NCBI GenBank assembly: GCA_964566495.1
Contig: CAZMIT010000013.1
Location: forward strand, 1 to 25,283
Direction: 5' to 3'
DNA: 25,283 nt
DNA from: an uncultured bacterium
GTDB lineage: Bacteria; T1Sed10-126
Shown here in pieces: positions 1-8,500 of this stretch. Below the pieces are notes generated by a model. It had not been told where the DNA came from, made no database searches, and worked only from the letters and a program-made list of their open reading frames with translations. The translations under genes and the position numbers were made by a program. Numbering within the stretch: the first letter of the stretch is position 1; every line of letters begins with the position of its first letter.

Positions 1-123
1 CAAAATTAAGAGACCACTCCTCGGTGAAGTGTACACTGCGCTCACCGGCCGTGAGGGGGGAAGAAAAGAGGAAACAAAGTAAAACTAATAAGGTGAGTAA
101 ATACTTGTCTGGTGCTTTCGATA

Positions 124-330
124 TCATTGTGGACTCCGATCCGCAATCCATTTTTGCGATCTTGAACGATAACCGTTTAAAATTCAAGTTGGATTCCGGA
201 TGGCGCTCCCTTCGGTCGCCTGTCCGGAATGACGTGCTGGGTCGATGGAGTCCGGCTCGTAGGCTGGAATGACGTCAAATTCAAGATGGATTCCGGGGCG
301 CGCTTCCTACGGTCGCTTGCCCGGAATGAC
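124..330. repeat. Cluster of GTCATT-type palindromic (REP/dRS3-like) repeats downstream of rpoD
   Basis: Units: TCATTGTGG..CCGCAATCCA (124-150), GGATTCCGGA..TCCGGAATGAC (191-233), GGAGTCCGGC..GCTGGAATGAC (~247-273), GGATTCCGGG..CCCGGAATGAC (288-330). The linker CTTGAACGATAACCGTTTAAAATTCAA recurs at 15223-15249 and, reverse-complemented, near 10305-10331. Confidence 0.85.
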
Positions 331-448
331 GCCAGCAGTGTATTACGCTCTTCAGTCAACTTCCCATGCTGGTCCGGCTGGTTCATTTGCTTGGTATAAC
401 GGAATAAAAACCATTGCTGGGCAACAGCGCTAAATAAACAGGAAAGTA

Positions 449-465
449 AAAGCCGGGAGGGCTTT
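449..465 (-). terminator. Possible intrinsic terminator after rpoD
   Basis: AAAGCC-N5-GGCTTT hairpin just past the rpoD stop, followed on the minus strand by T-rich TACTTTCCTGTTTATTT. The stem is short. Confidence 0.35.
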
Positions 466-469
466 AGAT

Positions 470-2218
470 TCACTCGGCTTCTTCGGAGACGAAGTCCTGC
501 AGAATCTTGCTGCGCGAGGGGTGGCGAAGCTTATCGAGCGCCTTGTTCTCAATCTGGCGAATACGTTCGCGGGTGACCTTGAACATGTTACCCACCTCTT
601 CGAGGGTACGCTCGTAGCCGTCGTCGAGACCGAAGCGGAGGCGAATTACCTGTTCTTCACGCCAGTCAATACTCTTGAGGACCTCCTCGAGTTGTTCCTG
701 GAGGAGTTCGTCGGAAGTATTCTTCATCGGCGACTCGAGCTTCTTGTCCTCGACAAAATCGCCGAGACTGCTCTCGCCGTCGTCGCCGATAGGGGTCTCG
801 AGGGAAATCGGATCCTGGGAAATCTTGAGGATATTCTTGACCCGTTCCTCGTCCCAGTTAAGGGCCTCGGCAATCTCGTCGGGCTGGGGCTCGCGGTTGT
901 TCTCCTGAACAAGCTCGCGAGCAACCCGAAGAACCTTGTTAATCTGCTCAACCATGTGGACGGGAACGCGAATAGTGCGAGACTGGTCGGCAATCGAGCG
1001 GGTAATCGCCTGGCGAATCCACCAGGTAGCGTAAGTGGAGAACTTGAAGCCCTTGCGGTATTCAAACTTGTCGACGGCCTTGGTCAGGCCGATGTTACCT
1101 TCCTGGATTAGATCGAGGAAGGAGAGGCCGCGGTTGGTGTAGCGCTTGGCGATGCTGACGACCAGGCGCAAGTTAGCGCTGACCATCTTGTTGTGGTACT
1201 TGCGCATCTTGTTCTCGGCCAGCTGAATTTTGTGATAAGCTTTACGCAGGTCACGTTCATGGAGATTAAAACGTTCCAGCTTTTCCTCAGCTCGACGGGC
1301 CAACCGAATAAGTCGTTGAGAAAAACGGCTAATGTTCTGCCAGCGATATTTACTTCCTTCCTCCCACTTGCGCCGGGCCTCGTGATCGTCACGAATGCGA
1401 TTGTAAAGCTCAAGCAGCTGATTAGGGCTGCGGTTCAAACGCTTTCTTATTTTCTGTTCAAAGCTCTTCAACTCCTCAAGTGCTTCGACTGTTTCCCTGA
1501 TATCATCTGCCCACCTAAAAACGAGATCCTTATTTATCTCCAGCTCCTCGAAAGCGTCGTAAAGCTTACGCTGGAGCTTTCGCTGCTTTTTAACCAACTC
1601 CCGTTTTTGGGTCTCGTCCTTGGTCTCAATCAACTGTTCGTAATTCTTATCAAGGCGCGCCCGGTATTGAATAATCCTATTGCGAGCCGTCTCAATCTTG
1701 TCGAACCAGTAGTTAACATCGTCCTCCTCCAGACGCTGTGTTTTTTTAACCTGAACAAGTTTTTTCAGGCTAATTTCGCGGTCGAGAACTCGCTTGGCCA
1801 TGTTAATATATTTTCGAGCGGCATAAGAAGTCCCCAACACGGCTTCCATAACCCGACGCTTACCAAGCTCAATTTGTTTTGAAATGTGAACTTCTTCTTC
1901 GGAGGAAAGCAACTCATGGTTACCAATTTCCTTGAGATAAAGGCGCACCGGATCGGTAAGACCATCTTCAATTTCATCTTCGTCCCGCTGCAGCAAACCT
2001 AACTCATCAGGGAAATCATAGCCAGTATCGTCACTAATAATCTTTACTCCCTGGTCTCTGAGGAAAGTAATGATATCGTCGACGTGATCAGTTTCCGTGG
2101 ATTCATCGGGAAGAATTTCGTTCAGTTCTGTATAAGTTATATCTCCCTTTTCCTGAGCTATATCCAGGACTTCGTCCATACCTTCGAGTTCACTAATTTT
2201 GTCTTCGACTTGCTGCAT
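470..2218 (-). CDS. rpoD: RNA polymerase primary sigma factor (sigma70, RpoD)
   Basis: Region 1.1 ([10 protein letters not shown]), region 1.2 ([11 protein letters not shown]), long non-conserved region, region 2 ([54 protein letters not shown]) and region 4 ([16 protein letters not shown]). Downstream of dnaG, with GGAGG upstream. Confidence 0.98.
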   Translation of the reverse strand: MQQVEDKISELEGMDEVLDIAQEKGDITYTELNEILPDESTETDHVDDIITFLRDQGVKIISDDTGYDFPDELGLLQRDEDEIEDGLTDPVRLYLKEIGNHELLSSEEEVHISKQIELGKRRVMEAVLGTSYAARKYINMAKRVLDREISLKKLVQVKKTQRLEEDDVNYWFDKIETARNRIIQYRARLDKNYEQLIETKDETQKRELVKKQRKLQRKLYDAFEELEINKDLVFRWADDIRETVEALEELKSFEQKIRKRLNRSPNQLLELYNRIRDDHEARRKWEEGSKYRWQNISRFSQRLIRLARRAEEKLERFNLHERDLRKAYHKIQLAENKMRKYHNKMVSANLRLVVSIAKRYTNRGLSFLDLIQEGNIGLTKAVDKFEYRKGFKFSTYATWWIRQAITRSIADQSRTIRVPVHMVEQINKVLRVARELVQENNREPQPDEIAEALNWDEERVKNILKISQDPISLETPIGDDGESSLGDFVEDKKLESPMKNTSDELLQEQLEEVLKSIDWREEQVIRLRFGLDDGYERTLEEVGNMFKVTRERIRQIENKALDKLRHPSRSKILQDFVSEEAE

Positions 2219-2242
2219 GGGCAGCGACCCTCCTGTTTTCGA

Positions 2243-4012
2243 TTAGATATCCTGTTCTTCCTGACGCTTCATCTCAATAGTCTGTTCGAGGAGCGCTTTC
2301 TTGGCCTCATCGAGGCTCCCGGGATCGCTTTCCTTGTCCTGCTTGCTTAAAGCACGTGCAAGTTCAGACCGTTCCCGACGAATTGATTTGTTTTTAACCA
2401 TTGTTGCAACTTCCAGTGGATCAATATCAGCGGCAAACTCCGCCGATTCTTCATTACTAAGCAATCCGGCAAGATAAGAGTGATGCTCCGCCGGTGTCTC
2501 CTTCAGCCACTTTTGAGGTGAGAACTGCTCGCCCCGATTTTTTATTTCAAAAAGCGCCCCTATTATTACTTTACTACGTTTAGAGGAAAAGTCCTTTTTT
2601 GAAATTTTATTTATTGCGTCTTCAAATTTTTCAGGGTGCTGAGCGAGGCTCACAAAAAATATTTCTTCCAGCGTCTGACCGCTTTGTTCCTGCAGCCGCT
2701 GACGCAATTGTCTATTTTGCCCCCGATTCAGTGACGACAACTGCTGAAAGAGAAAGGCTTCATCGGCACCCATCCGCGTCGCCAACCACTTGATAGCCTC
2801 TTCTTTTTGTAGCTGGCCGGGCAACTTATCAATCAACGGCATTAGCACATTTATTATTTTTTCTTTTCCCGTCGCCGTTTGCACATCAATTTCCGCGCAC
2901 AACCAATCGTATAAAACCTGCAGAAAGGGGCGAGCATTATCCAGTAGCTCACGAAACCTTTCACTAGAGTCAGCCAGAACATCGGCGGGGTCACTGCCTT
3001 CGGGCAGGATGACTACTCGCGGTCGGACGCCGTTGTCCAGTGCCACCTCGCCCCCGCGGCGGGCCGCTTGCTTTCCCGCCTCATCACCGTCGTATACAAG
3101 CACCAGCTCATCAATATATCGCTTCAGCAACTGTACCTGCGAGGCAGTCAGCGCCGTACCCAGGGCGGCGACAGCATTTTCAAATCCTTCCTCGTGACAA
3201 CGCATTACGTCAGTATAGCCCTCCATAATCAGACAACTCTCCTGTTCCCTGACACGAGAACGAGCCTGGCAGAGCCCGTAGAGCAGGTGACTCTTTGAAA
3301 AAATAGGAGTTTCCGGCGTGTTAAGATATTTCGGCGTGTCGTCGGAGGTATCCAGAGCCCGTCCGCCAAATCCAACAACTCGACGCGATAGGTCGTGAAT
3401 TGGAAAGATAACTCGATCCCTAAACATATCAAACACATTATCGTTACTAACGCTTATCAGACCCAGTTCATGTGCTTTTTCCACATCCCTGCCGTCCCGT
3501 TTTAAAGCCCGCAGTAAATTATCCCAGCCCGGGGGTGCGTAGCCAATTTCAAACTCCTCCAGCGTCTCCTCACTAAACCCCCGTTCAAGCATATACTCCC
3601 GCGCCTTTTTGCCCACATCAGAGTTAAAAGCGTAGCGATACTTATCAGCCGCATACCGATTCAATTCAAAAAACTGCTGGCGACGACTCCTTACCTCAGC
3701 ACCTTCCTTGCTCTCGGGAAGTTCCACACCGGTCCGCTCGGCAAGCTGCCGCATTGCTTCAGGAAACTCACAGTTCTCCATCTCCATAACAAAGGAGAAG
3801 ACGTCGCCCCCTTTACCACAGCCAAAACACTTAAATATCCCCATCTCGGGAGTCACGGCGAAAGAGGGAGTATCCTCGTTGTGGAAGGGGCAGAGCGCCC
3901 AGTAACGTTTCCCCTTCTGCTCCAGTCTAACGTAGTCCCGCACAACTTCAGATATATCCAGCCGGTCACGTATCTGTTCCTTGGCCTGTTCCCAGTCTCG
4001 CTCAACACTCAC
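2243..4012 (-). CDS. dnaG: DNA primase
   Basis: CHC2 zinc finger (CPFH..CFGC), FRDRVIFPI, GFGGR, KYLNTPET, and TOPRIM motifs EGYTD and YDGDEAG, DPAD. GTG start overlaps the upstream TGA; adjacent to rpoD. Confidence 0.97.
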   Translation of the reverse strand: MSVERDWEQAKEQIRDRLDISEVVRDYVRLEQKGKRYWALCPFHNEDTPSFAVTPEMGIFKCFGCGKGGDVFSFVMEMENCEFPEAMRQLAERTGVELPESKEGAEVRSRRQQFFELNRYAADKYRYAFNSDVGKKAREYMLERGFSEETLEEFEIGYAPPGWDNLLRALKRDGRDVEKAHELGLISVSNDNVFDMFRDRVIFPIHDLSRRVVGFGGRALDTSDDTPKYLNTPETPIFSKSHLLYGLCQARSRVREQESCLIMEGYTDVMRCHEEGFENAVAALGTALTASQVQLLKRYIDELVLVYDGDEAGKQAARRGGEVALDNGVRPRVVILPEGSDPADVLADSSERFRELLDNARPFLQVLYDWLCAEIDVQTATGKEKIINVLMPLIDKLPGQLQKEEAIKWLATRMGADEAFLFQQLSSLNRGQNRQLRQRLQEQSGQTLEEIFFVSLAQHPEKFEDAINKISKKDFSSKRSKVIIGALFEIKNRGEQFSPQKWLKETPAEHHSYLAGLLSNEESAEFAADIDPLEVATMVKNKSIRRERSELARALSKQDKESDPGSLDEAKKALLEQTIEMKRQEEQDI

Positions 4013-5136
4013 TGAAGTAGCTCCCCCTGTAAACGTTGAAAACCATTTTCGCGCCAGAACGTATCTTTAAACCGCTTGTCCCGCCAGGGTTTTTCGACCA
4101 ATCCTTTGAGCCCGCAATGATTATCCAGGCAGCGCTTACAGTCATCCTGACAGCCTTCGACGGGGCGGAAAGATTCTCCCGTAGAGTTGCGATAACTGAG
4201 CGGCAAATAATCGGAATAGGGGCGCTCGAAACTACCGAATCTGTCCTGCAGACTCGAGTCACCGAGCACTCCCAGGCTAAGTCCATAAGTTTCACACATC
4301 CCCGCCAGCTCACAAAGCACCCGGTGGCGTACCGCAGATCGCACCTGCCACCAACCGGAACGCTCTTCGACAGCTTCAAAGCACTCCTCATGAGGCTGTA
4401 CATACTGCTCATGCAGCGCTGAAGGGGCCTGCAGAAACCTGGTTACAAGGTGAGGAATGTCACGCTCAGCGGCTTCTTTTACAATCTTTTCCAGTCTCTC
4501 AAACAGCTGCTCGCCCACCGGGGCGATTGGATCCAAGCGCAGTACACCGTTAATTCCCAGCCGGCGCACTCGCTCCAAAACATCCAAGCGCTCCAACCAG
4601 TAGGGTACTTCTCCTTCGCGATTCAGCGGATCAACGCTAATTTGTACACGAGCATGGGGGAGATACTCCATCATTGCCAGCACTTCGTCCGGAACATGGT
4701 AGCGGGTTACAAGCTCAAGCGGCAGGTTGTTTAACACACATATCTGCGTCAGTTTCTCGGCCAGACCGTAGCGATCATTTATTGGCTGGAAGGGGTCGGT
4801 AAAAGGGGAGAGAACAACCGGCGGAACCAGACAGAGATTACTCAATCGATCCCGGAAATGCTCGGGATAGTTGGAATATACGGTGATAATCATTTCTTCT
4901 GTTCCCAGGCGATGCAGGCCAGGAAAACTGCGCAAAAAACAGAACTGACAGCGCGAAACACAACCTATGTAGGGGACGAGTACCAGCCGGGGGGAGGGCA
5001 ACGGTTGATAAAAAGGGGACCAGCCCTTGAGGGGACCCTCAACCTCCCGGCGGATGTGCAAACAGGGATCCCGGTGCACGGGTTCCCGGGCTCCACCAGA
5101 TAATTCAGCTCGTTTGAACTCCTGAACAAAAGCCAT
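4009..5136 (-). CDS. Radical SAM protein, spore photoproduct lyase (SPL)-like superfamily member
   Basis: PYIGCVSRCQFC (CxxxCxxC), SPFTDPFQP and LRLDPI motifs typical of SPL-like radical SAM proteins; extra C-terminal CQDDCKRCLDNHC. The ORF track starts at 5157, but the ATG at 5136 has GGAGG 5 nt upstream and is the more likely start. Confidence 0.75.
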   Translation of the reverse strand: MAFVQEFKRAELSGGAREPVHRDPCLHIRREVEGPLKGWSPFYQPLPSPRLVLVPYIGCVSRCQFCFLRSFPGLHRLGTEEMIITVYSNYPEHFRDRLSNLCLVPPVVLSPFTDPFQPINDRYGLAEKLTQICVLNNLPLELVTRYHVPDEVLAMMEYLPHARVQISVDPLNREGEVPYWLERLDVLERVRRLGINGVLRLDPIAPVGEQLFERLEKIVKEAAERDIPHLVTRFLQAPSALHEQYVQPHEECFEAVEERSGWWQVRSAVRHRVLCELAGMCETYGLSLGVLGDSSLQDRFGSFERPYSDYLPLSYRNSTGESFRPVEGCQDDCKRCLDNHCGLKGLVEKPWRDKRFKDTFWRENGFQRLQGELLQ

Positions 5137-5190
5137 CCTTACCTCCACGATTCGCATGAAAAACTTTCGGCAAGCAAAATCATCTACTAA

Positions 5191-5199
5191 ATTTTATCA
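5191..5199 (-). promoter_or_regulatory. Putative extended -10 promoter for the radical SAM-dnaG-rpoD operon
   Basis: Minus strand reads TGATAAAAT (TGn + TAAAAT), about 55 nt upstream of the probable ATG. Confidence 0.4.
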
Positions 5200-5337
5200 T
5201 AATCTCCGCCTTTATCGGACAGAGAATTCGGCCAAAAATTTCTCATCATGTTATTATTGAAGCCTCCCCCAAAAAAGCCTTCTAACCCAGAAAGAAAGCG
5301 CCGTGTAATTTTTTTTAGACTGGACTTGCTTTTACTC

Positions 5338-5366
5338 TTGACAATTATTTATGGATGACCGATAAT
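5338..5366 (+). promoter_or_regulatory. Sigma70-type promoter for glutamate synthase
   Basis: TTGACA (5338-5343), 17 bp spacer, GATAAT (5361-5366), in an AT-rich divergent intergenic region. Confidence 0.6.
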
Positions 5367-5545
5367 AAAAACCTGACAAAAAAACACAATTGGTCATAAA
5401 TTTAGATAATAATGACACATTTGATTATTTAAGTGCTCTGAGATATTATATCTGCTGAAAAGATATCGATATACTTTTAATTGCCAGCAACTCTCCACTT
5501 TTTCATTGAACGGAGAGCCCATTACCCAAATAGCAAGGTGATAGC

Positions 5546-8500
5546 ATGAAACAAGATAACCTTTCAACCTCAATTTTGAACCAGGAACACGACGCCTGTG
5601 GAATTGTTGCTCGTTTCCGAAAGCGCAATCTTGGAGGTAGCGGTGGCACCTACGGAGTACTCCAGCGAACCCTGGACAGCATGGCGCGCCTGCAGCAACG
5701 AGGCGGTAGCATCCAGACCGACTGGGGAACCGACGGCGACGGCGCTGGTGTCCTCACCGATATCCCTGACTACGTCTGCAGACGAGATCTGGCAGCCGCC
5801 GGGCTAAATGAAAAACTGGCCGGCAGTCTTGCTCTTGGTGTATTTTTCCTCGACCAAAACAGCCCTGATGAAGCAATCGACCAGATTAAAAATCATCTGG
5901 CCCAACAGGATCTGGAGGTGCTTTACGATCGGTTTGTTCCCACCCGCCCGCAGTATCTGGGACCGGCAGCTGCAGCAAAAGAACCAAAAATTGTTAGAAT
6001 CGGACTATTAATTAAAAATCCCCGCCGAGCGACTAAGAAGTTATTTGAGGCCCGGGTCGATATTGAGCGTGAAATGAACGGCGTTCACGTGGTCAGCCTG
6101 AGCGCCAGCTCGCTTGTTTACAAGGTCATGGGAACGGGAAAAACATTGCAGCAGTATTACCCGGAACTACATAACTCACAATACAAAACTCACCTGGCCA
6201 TCGGCCATATACGCATGTCAACGAACACTGAGCCCGACTTCCGACTGGCACATCCCTATGGCACCATGGTTCACAACGGCGAGATAAATACAATTGATCG
6301 CCTGATTGAAAGAGCCGACGCGCTTGGCATTCCGCTTCCAAAAAACGCCAGCGACACCATGGTTGTCGACCGTATCCTGCAATATCTCATCTCACAAATA
6401 GACTGCACACTGGCCACAGCTTACCGGATGATTTTTCCACTTGTTGACGCTGAAATAGACGAATTGAACCAGAGGGAGAAAAAATTACAGAGCCGGCTTA
6501 AAGCCCCCTTTGGCAACCTTGGTCAAGGGCCGGCGGGAATTATTGCACGCCACGGCGATGAAGCATTAATTGCCTCGGACGCCCTGGCTTTAAGACCGGT
6601 CTGGTTTGGCGAGACAGAAAAAGAATTTTACGCCACCAGCGAACGAGGTGCTGTCAACTTTAAATCAAACCGACGGCCTCCACGGCCGGTAGCGGGAGGC
6701 GAATTTGTCCAGCTTGACCTGGCCGGACCACGAGTTCTGCCCCGTTCTGAGCTGCTGGATAAATACGAGCGTGACCTGGAGAATATTTTCCCCGCTGAAA
6801 CCCGACAGTTTGAGGAAAGCTATGAGCGTTTTCCGCTCCCGGATATCAGTTCTCCCGTCCAGGAACGTCAATCCGAAGATTACAGGCGAGTCCTGGGGTT
6901 CAACGAAGATGACATCGACACGATTAATAAAATGTCTCAAACTGGCGAGGAGCCCCTGGGCTCTGTTGGTTATAATCCCGCCGTCCTTCCAGCAGCCGGC
7001 GAAAAACCCGAAAAGCTTCTCGCCGACTACTGTCTCGAGTCGGTCGCCGTCATTACCAATCCTGCGCTCGATTCCGAACGAGAAAGCCGTCCCTTCAGTC
7101 TGCGCGTCCGCTTTGGCGACCGCGGAAGCCTGAGCCAAACTCGTGAGGGTACCTGCTGGGAGTTTCCCTCACCACTTATCTTTGCCGGACAAATCCAGGA
7201 ATTGTTCGCTGAACTTAATGACGAGGGTGTTCCTCTCAAGAAGGTATTTGCGGGGAAAAAGAGCGGAGAAACGCAAGCACAGGCGCTAAAACGTATTGAA
7301 GAAAAAGCATCCAGTGAGGGAGTTTTTACTGTTTTGCACCTTCACGATCAAGGAGTTTTAACCGATAAGAAGGGACTGCTCGACCCTTTGCTGGCTCTGG
7401 CCGCAATTAAAAAAGGACTCCGCCAGAGTGGAGACTTAAATAAGACAGCAGTTTTGTTCGAGTCGAGACGGCTGCGCAACCTGCACGATTTAATGCTTGC
7501 TTACGGATTAGGGGCTGAGCTTATCTATCCGGCTGAAATTGAGCAGTTAGCACTTGCAAGCGCCGGCGAAGAGGCCACCGCAAACGAGCAAATGGACCGC
7601 CTTCATAACTGTCTAAAAGCGCTTAAAAAAGGAATGAAAAAAGTGATCTCAACAATGGGAATTCACGAAATAGAGGGCTATGGCAGAATTTTTAGTTCCA
7701 TCGGCCTGAGCACCGAGGTGGAAGCATTGCTGGGTCTTGACGGCTACCTGGGTAGCTCAGAAGCAGGTCTAACTCTCGAACAACTGGCAGACGAAGAGAG
7801 AAAGAGGGAGCGTCAATTCGCCGATAACTCAACCAACAAATTTTCATCGCCATCACCCTGGCCGGCACCGGTCCGCAAACACCTGGAAAACACGGCCTCA
7901 ACCGGCGCTGACTACTCAGCCTACGAGGAGGCCCTGCTAGAACACAGGCGCCAGAACCCCACAGGAATAAGACATTGTCTGGAACTAAAAAAAGCACCCA
8001 GCCAGCAGAACAAATGCGAAATTAGCGTTGCTGAATCTAGCGCCCCCTTTTACTTCGCCGCCATGTCCTACGGTTCCACCAACGTTATCCCCTTTACTGC
8101 CTACGCCGAGGCGGGACGCGAGCTGGAAATTCTCGTTGTCAACGGTGAGGGGGGAGAACCGGCTCACCTGCGCTCCTACACCGGTCCATATCGTGCTCAA
8201 CAGCTTGCTTCCGGGCGGTTTGGCATTAACGCCGATTTGCTGGCCAACACAAGCGAAATACAGATCAAAATAGGTCAAGGGGCAAAACCGGGAGAGGGTG
8301 GGCTGCTCAAGGGGGCGAAGGTAAATCCACACATTGCTCAAACCCGTCACACGCCGCCGTTTATCGACCTGATCAGCCCTTCCAACAACCATGACTTCTA
8401 CAGCATCGAAGACCTCATACCGACAGTAATAAATGAGCTGCGGGTGTTAAATCCAGAAGTCAAAGTTGATGTTAAGGTGCCGGCTATTCCAAACCTGGCT

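Noticed and set aside
1..469. tRNA downstream of rpoD
   Set aside because: No cloverleaf with T-loop and acceptor stem found; the hairpin at about 22-47 is not tRNA-like.
24..473. Short ORFs 24-272 and 177-473
   Set aside because: They run through palindromic repeat DNA; similar peptides (LKF..DSG, RND) recur at 15107-15298 only because of the repeat.
521..1111. 196-aa ORF antisense to rpoD
   Set aside because: Shadow ORF coinciding with the high-GC3 half of rpoD; no recognisable motifs.
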